Shown: piece by piece, positions 22,755-38,896 of the stretch | Layout of the letters: each line of letters begins with the position of its first letter | How positions within the stretch are numbered: position 1 is the first letter of the stretch | Source: the human T2T-CHM13v2.0 reference genome, Homo sapiens | Assembly: GCF_009914755.1 (NCBI RefSeq) | Contig: NC_060934.1 | Direction: 5' to 3' (one strand) | DNA length: 64,000 bases | Program-made: the position numbers and the translations under genes | The notes under the pieces: model-generated | What the model saw: the letters and a program-made list of their open reading frames with translations, nothing else | The model's database searches: none | What the model was told of the DNA's origin: nothing

Positions 22755-23192
22755 TCAAATCCCTGCCAAAAGTGAGCAAATCAATTAACTTCTTTGAGGC
22801 TCAATTTCCCCATCTGTAAAATGGGACTAGTAATACCTCCCTGATAAAGTTACTGTGGTTACTCAAAGAGATAAGCCACGTAAAGCCCTTAGCATGGTCC
22901 TGGAACACAGTACTCACTCGGTAAGTTGAGAGCTATGACTGCTATTACAAGTTCTCCACACATGGGCAGTGACTGCCTCGGTGCAGGAAGCCGTCGCCCT
23001 GTCTCCTCCTTGCACACGTGAAACAGGTCACTCAGCTCAGCAGAAGCAGATCTGGAACTAGGGCTTCCAAGTTTCCCACCGCCCTGGATTTTGCTCCAGT
23101 GAAAAAGAAAAAAAAAATGATGGTACAACAATGTGAATGCTACACTTTAAGAATGGTTAAAATGTACATGTTATGTATATGTTATTATACCA

Positions 23193-23980
23193 TTGTGTTG
23201 ATTTGCTAGGGCTGCTGTAACAAATTACTGCAAACTGGGGGGCTTAACCAGCAGAAATATATTGTCTTGCAGCTCTGGAGGCTAGAAGTCCAAGATCAAG
23301 GTGTCAGCAGGATTGGTTCCTTCCAAGGGCTGGGAGGGAGAAGCTGTTCCATGTCTTAGGTCTGGCTCTGGAGGTTTCCTGGCCATCACTGGCATGACTT
23401 GGCTGGTGGAAGCATCACCCCAGCCTCTGCCTTTATCTTCACATGGCCCTCTCCCTGTGTGTGTGTCTCTCTGTCTGTCCAAAGTTCCTCCTTCTATTAT
23501 TATTATTATTGAGATGGAGTCTCACTCTGTCACCCAGGCTGGAATGCAGTGGCACGATTTTGGCTCACTGCAACCTCTGCCTCCAGGTTCAAGCAATTCT
23601 CCTGCCTTAGCCTCCTGAGTAGTTGGGATTACAGGCACCTGCCACCGCACCCAGCTGATTTTTGTATTTTTAGTAAAGATGAGGGTTCAACATCTTGGCC
23701 AGGCTGGTCTTGAACTCCTGACCTCGTGATCCCCTGCCTCGGCCTCCCAAAGTGCTGAGATTACAGGCATGAGCCACCGCGCCCAGCCCCCCAATTCCCC
23801 CACTTTTTTTTAAGGACACTGGTTACGCTGGGTTAGGGTCTACCCTACTGACTTCGTTTTAACTTAATGACATCTGTAATGACCCTATCTAAATATTTCC
23901 AAATCAGGTCATATTCTGAGGTATTGGAGATTAGGTATTCAACATAATAGTTTTGAGGGAACATTATCCAACTTGTAGCA
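23193..23980 (-). mobile_element. MLT1 (MLT1B/C-like) MaLR LTR interrupted by an Alu (about 23497-23790)
   Basis: gctagggctgctgtaacaaattactgcaaactggg...ctggaggctagaagtccaagatcaaggtgtcagcagg is typical of MLT1. Confidence 0.8.
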
Positions 23981-24864
23981 ACCACAATGAAAAAAAAAAG
24001 TGTCTACCTTGTACTCGCTATCAGATTACAGACACGGGGAAAACACATTCTGTGAAGTTTCAGTGCTTTGCTCAGAGTAACTTTGCTCATAGTAGGTCTT
24101 CAAAATGTGTTTCTTAATTTGTGTTTAAATCTGATACCAAGCAGTTAAAAGGGTAGAAATCTCCCAGTTTCCAAGACGAGTCCTCTCCCGGCCATGAACT
24201 TAAAGGATTTTTCAATGATCAGCATTATTTCCAGACAAATACTTAATAAACTTTGTAAAAATAGCTACTCTCCATGTAAGATTTTTTTTTTTTTTTTTGA
24301 GACAGAGTTTCGCCCTGTTGCCCAGGCTCCTGTTGCCCAGGCTGGAGTGCAATGGCATGATCTTGGCTCACCGCAACCTCTGCCTCCCCGTTCAAGCGGT
24401 TCTCCTGCCTCAGCCTCCCAAGTAGCTGGGACTACAGGCATGTGCCACCACACCCGGCTAATTTTGTATTTTTAGTAGAGACGGGGTTTCTCCATGTTGG
24501 TCAGGCTGGTCTCGAACTCCCAACCTCAGGTGATCTGCTCACCTCAGCCTCCCAAAATGCTGGGATTACAGGCGTGAGCCACCCACCGTGCCCCAGCCTG
24601 GTTAAGTTTTTGCCACATTTGCTTGATCTGTGTAAAATTTTCCTGGTGAGCCATTTGAGAAGTCACATACTTGAGAATTTCCTAGGAATAGGCTGCTCTC
24701 CATAATCACATTGCCATTCTCACATGGGAGAAAACTAACAATGGTTCCATAATATCATCTCATATCCAGTTTATACTCAAATTTGACCAGGCTGATTTTT
24801 TAAACATTCTGAACCTAATGAATTCCAAATCTGTAAAGCTTAAGATTTTTTATTTTTTATTTAA

Positions 24865-25026
<162 letters not shown>

Positions 25027-25529
25027 TAGCTAATATTTTTTATTTTTAGTAGAGATGGGGTTTAACCATGTCGCCAGGATGGTCTCCATCTCCTGAACTC
25101 ATGATCCACCTGCCTCGGCCTCCCAAATTGCTGGGATTACAGGCGTGAGCCACCACGTCCAGCCAAGCTTAAGGCCTTGACAGTATTACCTGTGCTATGG
25201 GAATTTTGGACCTTCAAAAAATGTAATTTAGGGCCAGCCACAGTGGCTCACATCTGTAATCCCAGCACTTTGGGAGGCCAAAGCAGGAGAATCACTTGAG
25301 CCCAGGAGTTTGAGACCACCCTGGGCAATATAGGGAGACCCCGTCTCTACAAAAGATTTAAAAATTAACTGAGCATGATGGTGAGTGCCTGTAGTCCCAT
25401 CTACTTGGGAGGCTGAAGTGGGAGGATCACTTGAGCCCAGGAAGCGAAGGTTGCAGCAAGCGAGACTGTGCCACTGCACTCCAGCCTGGGCGATAGACCG
25501 AGACCCTGTCTCAATCAATCAATCAATCA

Positions 25530-25993
<464 letters not shown>

Positions 25994-27713
25994 TCAAAAA
26001 AAAAAAAAAAGAAAGCAAGAAAAAGCAACTTAACATGTAGAACTCTTTCTGGTCATGCCACATTGTTTCTTTTTCCTCATTTCCTTTCACTCACGAGCTC
26101 GAGCTCTTTTGAATGCTCAAACGTGTGCTTGTGGTGAGGTGCCCCTGGAATTCCTTTTATTCTAAGACAATGGCCTTCCAGGAGTACCTGCAGGAAGACC
26201 TGTTAAGACTGGCCTGGGACCTCCTAGACTTGCCTGGGACCTCCCTGCAGGAGTTGCCAAATGGAACCGGGAGGGAAGAGAGGTTTGCCTTTGCCCTTGG
26301 CCTTGGTTTGGGGTGGAGACACCCAGGCTGAGACATTCTCCCCTCCATAGCTGGCCAAGTTCCAATCTGGCATGGCTGTCCCTGCTGCCATTGTCATGGG
26401 CTCTTTCGGGGGAGTTCCGGACAGCACCACTGTGCAAAAGATTGTCCTGGCCTCCAGAAAGTCGGCTCCAAATGACACTGAGGGAAGAAAGAGGAAATCT
26501 CTGCAGTGTACTTCCCTGAGTTTTTGGGGAATGGTTCTCTTTCCCCTCTTTCCATCCCTTCTCTACAAATCCAGGGCTCACAGTTAAGCCCTAGGTTTGT
26601 AACACGGCTTCATAACTAAGAATGGCATTAATTAGCAACACTGTATAAATAAAAAGGGGGGCCAACAAGGATGGAGGGCGTGGGGGGAGTATGTGGTTGG
26701 CCATCCCAGGCCACCTTCCTCCTCCAGCTCCCAGGCTTGCTTCAGCTTTGCTGCAAGTTCCTGCCAATATATTTCTGCTTGGGACAGGAGCCAAGGGTCA
26801 GATAAAGTTCCAACTGTATTTTGCAGCAGGTCTGACACTTTGCCCAGTGCTCTAGGCCTGTGACAGTGCCAGGATAGTATATTGGGAAAGCCAGTCCAGA
26901 AGGAGTTGGTTTAAATGTGTTTGAGGTAGCAGGCAGGTGACTAAGCAGACAGTTCAGCAACACAACACTCAGTAACACCATCAGACCAATGTGGCTCCCA
27001 GGGACATGGAAGGCCTGTGTTCCTTTCCCAGGAAGCCCCCAGCAGCTACCGTGCTCATGCCCCAGCATTTCAGGGACCAAGATCTGTAGCCCCATTTTGT
27101 GATCTTTAGTAAGACAAGTAAACACTGAACACTAAGTGTGCTTATGCCAACCACTTTACATACATGATCTGATGGAATCCTCAGCACAGCTGATGAGGGA
27201 GTTACTGTTATTTTCCTAGCCATACAGTTAGTAGCTGACACTACAGGGAACAGACACACTTACTGTCTATGAGGATCTCTTCTAAACACTTTCCATGCAT
27301 TAACTAATTTTTTGGGGAAACTGAGGCAGAGCAGGAGCAAAGCCAGTTGTCCAGTGTCACACAACTGGTGGGTGTGGACCTGAAACCACTGGAGGCTGGG
27401 TGATTCCAGAATGGAGGGTTCACCCCTGCACTACCCCCTGATTTTCCAAGTGGGGTAACAGGTTCGGAGACAGTCAGGGAAGAGAAACCAGGGTGAGATG
27501 GGTTAGTTCAGATGAGGTCAAAGGTTGCACTCTCTTCTGCTTCCTGACAAGCATAATGAGAGGCACCCATGGGAACAGAAGCTCAGACATCTGACCCTGA
27601 GCCCTCTGCCACTCTTCCTTCCTCTCCTCTGGCCCAGTTGGTCTGAACCGTGTTGTTCCAGGTCTCACGGGAGCTGCTGTGGGACACAGAATGGGCAAGA
27701 GGATTTTTGTTCA

Positions 27714-28236
<523 letters not shown>

Positions 28237-28922
28237 TCAGTCCTGCACTGTCATTGTCCTTACCATCTCTGCTTTCACCTGCACCAGTGGACAAACTCAG
28301 GCACACGAGGGGCTGCTGCCATCTGTCCCTCTGCCTGGCCTCAGGCAGGATCATTAGGACTGGATCAGGAGGGAGCATCAGGCCTGGCTTCAGGGTGCCT
28401 GGCAGCATGCTCAGATATAGCACAGCACACAGGCAGGACCAGAGACCTACAGAATAGATGACCTTTAAGCAAGACTTGAATATACAATAAACCATCAGAA
28501 ATCTGCATCTTACTCCTTGCGGGGAATTAGGTTGTTGTATACTGTCTTGACTTTTTCTTATGTTTACAGACATAACTATGTCTTTATTTACATACATGCA
28601 TGCCCACCCATCTTTTTAGAAAATGTTTTCATGTTTTGCTAATCAATCATTCATTCTTTCCTCCTTTCCATATTTATTTATTTATTTAATTATTATTATT
28701 ATTATTTTTTGAGATGGAGTCTCACTCTGTTGCCTGGGCTGGAGTGCAATGATGTGATCTCGGCTCACTGCAACCTCCGCCTCCTGAGTTCAAGAGATTC
28801 TCCTGCCTCAGCCTCCTGAGTAGCTGGGATTACAGGCATGCGCCACCACACCTGGCTAATTTTTGTATTTTTAGTAGAGACGGGGTTTCATCATGTTGGC
28901 CAGAATGCTCTCAATCTCCTGA

Positions 28923-29740
<818 letters not shown>

Positions 29741-30599
29741 AGCAACGGGGGGCTACTCATGTCACTTAGTTTAGTAACAGCGGTTCTAAAGCTCCAGCCT
29801 GGAAAAGCCCAGAATATTAATGTTCAAGAGGAAATCTCTGCTTCAAATCAAAGGCTCTTTCTCCTGCTTGCTGGAAATTCAAAGCCTGCCCCGCGCCTCT
29901 GAGCCTTAGAGCCAGACAGGTTGCCTTATTACTGATTCCCTACAGAAACGCAGCCCAGAGAGGCCAAGAGATTTGCCCAAGTGAAACAGCAAACCAATGC
30001 CAAACGCAGAACCTCAAACCCCAAATGCCAGCCTTCAGCTCCAGCCCTAAACCTGTCCCCTTTCACCTGGAGATTCTTTCTGGCAGGCACTCAAAGCAGG
30101 TAGGTGAGAAAATGCCTTTTTTTTTTTTTTTTTTGAGACCAGTCTAGCTATGTCACCCAGGCTGGAATGCAGTGGCAAGATCGTAGCTCACTGCAGCCTT
30201 GACCTCCTGGGCTAAAGGGGTCCTCCCGCCTCAGCCTACGGAGTAGCTGGGACTGAAGACTTGAAAATTAAATAAATTGCATTCTTGAAAATGCATGTTA
30301 ACACGAATTTGTGGAGCACTTACTTACTAGTGCCAACTACGGTACCTGGCCTGGGAAATAGACCTGCCCCGGGAGGTAGACCTCCCCGAGGGCACTCCCA
30401 GTCCTGGAGCCCCCAAACTTCTTGAACTACAGAAATTCCCCTAGGACTCCCCTCCCCTGCCCCCCACTCCCCAAGTTGCTGAAAATCATGAGTAACAAAG
30501 CGGCCAGGAGTTTCCTGTCTTGCTGAGCTGGCTTACTCAATTTCCCTCGTTTGTCCGCTCAGACCAGACGGGGCAAAGGGCAGCCATCAAAGGTGTCTG

Positions 30600-31140
30600 G
30601 GACGAGCCCGGCGGGGTAATGGGCCGCTAGGGACTCAGTCTGGCCCGGGTCTCAGCCGGGGCAGAAGGCAGCCGGGCGAGGGCCGCGGGTGGGGGGCAGG
30701 GGGCCGGGGACAAGCAGCCCCGCCCAGGCCGGCGCGCTGTGTGCACAACGTGCAGGGCTGCGAAAGCGGATGCGGCCTGATGGGGCAATCGCTGGCAACG
30801 CGCCGCGGGTTGTCAGCGGGCGCTGGGGGGTGGGAGCCCGGCGCCGGCGGGCCCTGCCTCCAGCATTGGCCCCGCCCCCAGTTCCGCAGTCGTGGCTGGG
30901 TTTCGGGGAGGGCGCCCGGTGCGGGGGGCGCCCAGGGCCTGCGCACACGGGTAGGCCCGCGTGCCCAAGCCCCCTTGCAGCCCAGGCGCCCTGGCTCATT
31001 ATCCATCCCGGCCACTGGCGTTCGGTTCCGCTCCTGTCGCACCACCCCCTCACTGCTCTGACAGATACCAGGAGCTGGTGCCAACCCGCAGACACACCTG
31101 GGCAGCCCCACGTGGGTATCGCACGCGCAGGGGCACATCT
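30600..31140. promoter_or_regulatory. Orphan CpG island 2 (non-repeat) with adjacent CCAAT and GC boxes
   Basis: Dense CpG. ATTGG at 30865-30869 abuts CCCCGCCCC at 30870-30878. G4-type motif at 30687-30709. Confidence 0.75.
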
Positions 31141-31286
31141 GCCCTGCCGGGTTTGGAGAGCAGTTGCAAGTCAGCCCCTGGAATGTGGTCCCGTGCCGGC
31201 TGGAGCAAGAACTGTGTAACCTCTCTGAGCCTCAGATAACTCATCTGTTAAATGGGGAGGATGATAGCATCACTGGGTTGTTGTCA

Positions 31287-31487
<201 letters not shown>

Positions 31488-34400
31488 CTACAAAGTGTTA
31501 TATCAGAGTCACTAGCACTCACCCAGTAAGTGATAGCCATGAAGATTCTTAAAGAGAAGGGAACTGGGAGCTACAAAGCCAGCTGGGCTCACAGGCTGCA
31601 ACTGGGGCATGTCTGGGTTTCCGGCTTCTTTTTTCCTTCCCTGTATCATATTTATTTTTTCCTCAATATCACCCCTCATCTTTCACCCAGGGCCTGCAAT
31701 ATTCCTTCGTTCATTTGACACACATCGGTTGATATTTGTGCCTGCTGTGAGGCATTAAAAACTGCTTATCTGGCTGTGTGGCACCCGGGAACTTTCCCCA
31801 GGCCACACCAGCTACACCTGTGGCCTCCTCAGCCTGGGTTGCTGCCCTGAGTCACTGGAGTAGGTCACTTCCTCTCTCAGTCCCTCCATCTGTGCAATAG
31901 GGATAAGAGGCCTGGCTTCTCTCTAGTCTCCTGGGACTGTCAGGGGATGAGTCAGATAACGGTGGGGAAGGCGCAGAGAGGCAGAAAGCAGCTCTTACTA
32001 GAGCGGGGCCCATCTGGCTGATGCAAGGCTTGCACTTTGCATGTAACCCCAGCCGGTACAAACAGGGATGGCTCCGGGAAGCGTGAGGAGCAGGGGGAGC
32101 AGAGAAGTCCCCAACCCTACCCGACAGCCGGGGTGTGGGATCCAGACTGGCAGCTTAGGAGTCTGAGCAGCTGGGGCTCTGTCCAGGCTCTGCTTCCCCA
32201 GCTCTGCGAGCATGACAGCAGGTTCCTGACCCCTCTGATCCGGCTGCCTTTTCTGTCACTCAGGGGTTGCAGTACCTCCCTCACCTAGCTGAAGTTGGAA
32301 GTGAAGGTGGTAACTCCCAGAGGGAGTGGAGCCCTTCCGTGTTTCTGGGAGGGGTCTGAGGGCTGGCCGGGGGGGTCCGGGTGGGGGAGGTGGGACCAGA
32401 CAGGAGGAAGGCAGCCCTGGCCAAAGGCTCAGCATATTCCATAGTCACCTCAGGCAGGGTGTTCTAGGGGCTCCTCCCAAAAGAGTCAGAGACCCCTGCA
32501 CCCTCAGCCGACCCCAGGCATGACAGACCCCGCCTCATCCCACAGTGCACAAGGAGATCACACTCAGATCTGGGCCCCAGTCTGGCGTCTGCCCCAGGCC
32601 AGCTGCATGACCTTGGGCAGGTGATTGAATGTTTTTGGGTCTCCATTTTTCCACTTGTGAAATGGGGATAGCGATGCCTACTTTGTAAAGCTGTTGTGAG
32701 GCTGGGGGAAAATGAGAACGATATCAAGTGTTCACAGTAGAGGCCAGCACTGTTGTGAGCGGCAGCTCCTCTCCCTCCCCTCCCCTCCCCCTTTCCCTAT
32801 CACAGGTGGGGCCAGGTGGAATGTCACAGTAAGTCCTTGGGATAGAAAGGTCTACTGACATATTCAAAGTGCCCCCGCCCCCAAGGTTTCTAGCCTGATA
32901 CCATAAGCTTTGATGGCAAGAGCTCTGTTTGCTTGGGGACTTTATATGCATGATTGTATTTGACATATGACGAGGGCCATACGTGGCATCCATTATATAG
33001 ATGGAAGCGGAGGCAGGAGAAGTCAAATAGCTTGTCTGGTCACATGGCTAGAAAGGGTGAGTGCCAGGATTTGAAACCAGGTCTTCCGGACTCCAGCTCA
33101 TCCACCACACACCCCCTGCCTGCCTCTTGCTTTTGCCCTGGGTGTTCTCCTCTTTCCTGAGTGGCCTCTTATGATGTGGAGTCCCCGAGGCCAGGGACGG
33201 TCATGAGCATGGCTTCCTTGTCTTCCAGGGTGTGGCTCAAGCACACAGTGGGTCCTCAGTCCACCCTGCTGACCAGGGAGATGAGTCCTGGCATGAGGGA
33301 GATGACTCATGAAGCCGGGCTGGGCGAGGGTACGTGCCTGTGTCTCTGTGTGCGTGCATCTGTGTGCGTGCACAGGGAGGGGAATGAACGAGTACTGTCT
33401 GCTGGAGGCCTTCTCTCTCCAAGCTCCTACCCCATCCGGCGCTGCTCCTGAGACTCAGCCTTCAAGGGGGCTCTGAGCCTGAGAAGCAGGGGTGGGGGAG
33501 GTCTTGGCCATCTCCCTCCCTGGCCTAACGCAGGGCCTGGTGGGGGCTGTGGCTGATGGCGGTTCCATGGGAAGCCAGGTCCTCCCTGGTCCAAGGGGAA
33601 GCTCTTCGGGCATCTTCCACCAGTCTAGGCCCTGCTATTTTTAGATGCTGTCCCCTCCCCAACCCTCCCCTCCCCATCACATACCAGCTGAGGGAGGAAG
33701 TGACTCACCTCAAGCCCAGACAGGTAGAGGCAGCCTCAGTGGGCCCCGGGCAGGCCTGGTTCCTACGCTGGGGTTGCCTTCCTGGGATCACCTCAGGCCT
33801 GCCCCAACCTGGGGACAACACAGGGCTGGGATGGAGCCCAGGGCCTTTCTTGGGCTCCTCCATTCTCCATCTCACAGGACCTAACAGGCCTGGGTCTCTG
33901 ATGGACTGTGGAGCCTCTGCTCAACTCAGCAGACCTCATCAGGCCTCGGACTGCACTGTGGGCCTGTGGCCGGCCTCAGCCCAGTCTGAGGGAGCCAGAC
34001 AGGCGAAGGGGACTGCCTGTGGCCCCACCCTGTCTTTGTGAGTGACCAGTGTTATGGAAAGAAAAAATACCTGGTTCAGTGGGGACAGGAAAGGTGTGAT
34101 GACCCTTGGGATGTGTGTCCCAGTGGAGTGGCCAGCTGTCCCAGTATGCCCAGATCTGAGGGGTTTCTGGGGACTCGGGACTCTCAGTGCTCACCAGGAG
34201 AGTCCTAGGCAAGTCAGGACGGTTGGCCACCCTGGTGCTGCATTGCAAGGTATATCCTAGCGAGAGGGCAGGTGTGGGGAGCTTGTTTTGGTTTCCTGAC
34301 GGAGTCTCACCTAGTCAGGGCCGCAGGACCCAGCCCCTGGCCAGCTTGCTCTCTCAGGTCAGGGCATCACCTTGTCCATCTCAACTGGAAAGAGGCTGGG

Positions 34401-35371
34401 CTGGGCTGTGTGAGAACCCAGAGCCCCGGGGCAGGCTGGAAGACCTGTGAGCCACTTTGGCCAGGGAGGATAGGGGCCTGTCAACATGGGGTTGGGTGGA
34501 CAGGTTAGCAGAGGCTGGGGCTGGGAGAGGAAGGGCACCTACCCACATAGGGCAGGGCAGGGGGAGGCAACCAGGAACAGCAGGAAATAATGACAGGAGC
34601 CCAGGATGTGCCTCAGGTAAGCTTGGCCCCAGGTCTGCAGACTGTCGGGTACTTGCAAGGAGGAATGGGAGACAGTGTGGCGATGGCTAACTGGCAGGCT
34701 GGCGGGGCTTGTTGGTTACTTGGAGAGGCCTCGCCAGGGTGACAACCTGGAGAACTCTCGGCTGCTCAGAGAAGTGGACAGAGGACTCCGCTGCCCTCCT
34801 AGATCAGGGTCTGGGGCTGCCTTCAGGGACAACCCAGCTCCTGGCCCTGAGGCCTGCCCTAGGGGGTTAGGTCAGGGGAGCCGTGGCTGAGGCCCAGACC
34901 TTGCTGGGGACAGCCTGCACCCCCGGCCCACCTTTGTCCTCCTCATCCACGGTCCACAGCCCAGGGTTGGGGCGGGGGGATGGTCTGTGTCCCAGGCAGC
35001 AGCTCCGACACCGCTGAGCTGGGCGACCTTGGCAAGTCACTTCTCTTTTCTGGGGCTCGATTTCCTCAGTGGTGAGATCGTGGGGGTAGATTAGGGGTCT
35101 GTTTTTTAAATATTTATTTTGGCCATGGAACCCCTTCTTCAGTCACAATTCCACCTGCACTAAACAAGAGATAACAGCGGGTGACTGAGACGGGTGGGCT
35201 GGAGCCCCGGGGGCCCTCCCACTCTTACCCCACACCCCTGGGGGCCCAGGGCTCTGGGGACACAGTTTGAGAACCCGTCTTCACAGCCTGCCGCCTCTAA
35301 CACTCTGTGATTTATGCCTTCAGGACAAGGATGTTGTCCTTGTTGCCTTCTCCAGGCAGCCCAGTAATTAG

Positions 35372-35778
<407 letters not shown>

Positions 35779-36802
35779 TAATCGCTGGTTTCTGCTGACA
35801 GTGAGGTCTGTTATGCAGAGTTCAGTAGGGCCACAGGTCCCTTGTCCCTTCTCAGGGAAGGGACCGGGCCAAAACTTTCTATGCAATGGCCAACCCTGTG
35901 GGGCACTTCCAGGTGTGTGTAGGATGTTCAGTCCCCAACAGCATGCAGGAAGGTGTGACTCCCACTGGCAGACAAGGGAGGGGCTCAGGGGTCTTAGGAG
36001 GCTGGTTACTGATACCCCTGTGGATGCAGGGCTGGGTGCCTGGACAGGAGCCCAGGTCCTTTCCTGGAGCCACAGTCTGGGGCCCTGGCCCAGGCCCAGG
36101 TTTTCCCTGGCTTACTCCGGGGGTGCTGGCACCTGCAGACACCAGCAACAGAAAGAGGCAGGAGTCGATGAGGGAGGCGGAGAGGAGGGGGACTTTCCTT
36201 CTTCTGCTGGGGGTCTGGGGCGTCCTTTTCCAGGCTGAGGAGTAGGGCTACCCATTTCCCCATCACCTTCCGGCCAGGGGCAGTGGGTAGAGGAGGAGGC
36301 CGAGATTGCACAAACAGGTATGGGAGGAGGCCAGCAGCCAGGCAGCTGGCTGGGGTCGCCCAAGGGCCGTGAGAGAGTCCCCAGTGCCCGTACTGACATC
36401 AATGGCGCCCGGAGGGACTCAGTCGGTCATCTAGCAGTCTTCTCTAGCTCTCACAACAGGCACTGGGGGTTGGGAGGAGCCAGAGGTCCCTGCTCCCCAC
36501 TCCACGCGTCCCTCCCAGCTGCTGAGCTGGAAACTCGAGCCAAGTCAACAGTTCCTTGAATTGTGTTACAGCCCCGGCTGCCCCTCCAGAGCTAATAATA
36601 TGGGCAGCTGCAGGACATGAAACTCGATCCTCCAGGCTCCAATACCACCCCACCGCAGCCAGGCTGGCAGGGAGTGGGCGGATGTTGGGCCCAGGGTCCT
36701 GAAAGCAGAGGCCTGGGCTTGGGATCCTGGGGTGAGGCCGGGTCCGGGAGGGGCCCCGGCCCCCCCAGTGGGGTGTTTATACAAAGTTGACATGGGTCAA
36801 GC

Positions 36803-38208
36803 TGAGAGGTGACAGCGTGCTGGCAGTCCTCACAGCCCTCGCTCGCTCTCGGCGCCTCCTCTGCCTGGGCTCCCACTTTGGTGGCACTTGAGGAGCCCTG
36901 CAGCCCACCGCTGCACTGTGGGAGCCCCTTTCTGGGCTAGCCAAGGTCAGAGCCGGCTCCCTCAGCTTGCAGGGAGGTGTGGAGGGAGAGGCGCGAGCGG
37001 GAACCCGGGCTGCGCGCGGCGCTTGCGGGCCAGCTAGAGTTCCGGGTGGGCGTGGGCTTGGCGGCCCCGCACTCGGAGCAGCCCGCCGGCCCTGCCGCCC
37101 CGGGGAATGAGGGGCTTAGCACCCGGGCCAGCGGCTGCGGAGGGTGTACTGGGTCCCCCAGCAGTGCCAGCCCACCGGCGCTGCTCTCGATTTCTCACCG
37201 GGTCTTAGCTGCCTTCCTGAGGGGCAGGGCTCGGGACCTGCAGCCCGCCATGCCTGAGCCTCCCACCCCCTCCATGGGCTCCTGTGCGGCCCGAGCCTCC
37301 CCGATGAGCGCCGCCCCCTGCTCCACAGCGCCCAGTCCCATCGACCACCCAAGGGCTGAGGAGTGCGGGCCCACGGCGCGGGACTGGCAGGCAGCTCCAC
37401 CTGCAGCCCCGGTGCACGATCCACTGAGTGAAGCCAGCTGGGCTCCTGAGTCTGGTGGGGACGTGGAGAACCTTTATGTCTAGCTTAGGGATTGTAAATA
37501 CACCAATCGGCACTCTGTATCTAGCTCAAGGTTTGTAAACACACCAATCAGCACCCTGTGTCTAGCTCAGGGTTTGTGAATGCACCAGTCGACACTCTGT
37601 ATCTAGCTACTCTGGTGGGGCCTTGGAGAACCTTTGTGTCCATACTCTGTATCTAACTAATCTGGTGGGGATGTGGAGAACCTTTGTGTCTAGCTCAGGG
37701 ATTGTAAATGCACCAATCAGCGCCCTGTCAAAACAGACCAGTCGGCTCTACCAATCAGCAGGATGTGGGTGGGGCCAGATAAGAGAATAAAAGCACGCTG
37801 CCCGAGCCAGCAGTGACAACCTGCTGGGGTCTGCTTCCACACTGTGGACGCTTTGTTCTTTCGCTCTTTGCAATATATCTTGCTACTGCTCACTCTTTGG
37901 GTCCACGCTGCTTTTATGAGCTGTAACACTCACTGTAAAGGTCTGCAGCTTCTACTCCTGAAGCCAGCGACGAACAACTCCAGATGTGCCGCTTTAAGAG
38001 CTGTAACACTCACCGCAAAGGTCTGCAGCTTCACTCCTGAGCCAGCGAGACCACGAACACACCAAAAGGAAGAAACTCGCGACACATCCAAACATCAGAA
38101 GGAACAAACTCCAGACGCGCTACCTTAAGAGCTGTAACACTCACCGCGAGGGTCCGTGGCTTCATTCTTGAAGTCGGTGAGACCAAGAACCCACCAATTC
38201 CGGACACA
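36803..38208 (+). mobile_element. Second solo LTR12 (LTR12C-like)
   Basis: Same termini as the first copy. Flanks AAGC and AGGC (4-bp TSD with one mismatch). Fewer U3 repeats. TATA-like AATAAA at 37786. Confidence 0.95.
37450..37760 (+). repeat. LTR12 U3 tandem repeats, shorter array
   Basis: Same units. Four intact CCAAT at 37503, 37544, 37713 and 37751. Confidence 0.88.
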
Positions 38209-38308
38209 AGGCTAGCAGGGCTGACACCTATAAACTCAGTGGCTGACAGAGGCTGACATCCTTAGTGACTGAACTAGTGAGGTCTGTGGGATGATAATTA
38301 TAATAAGA

Positions 38309-38896
<588 letters not shown>

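Noticed and set aside
26113-26660. Protein-looking short ORFs (MAFQEYLQEDLLRLAWDLL; MAVPAAIVMGSFGG) followed by AATAAA: possible processed pseudogene
   Set aside because: No parent protein recognised, and no poly(A) tail or TSD. A BLASTX/TBLASTX hit would be needed to revive it.
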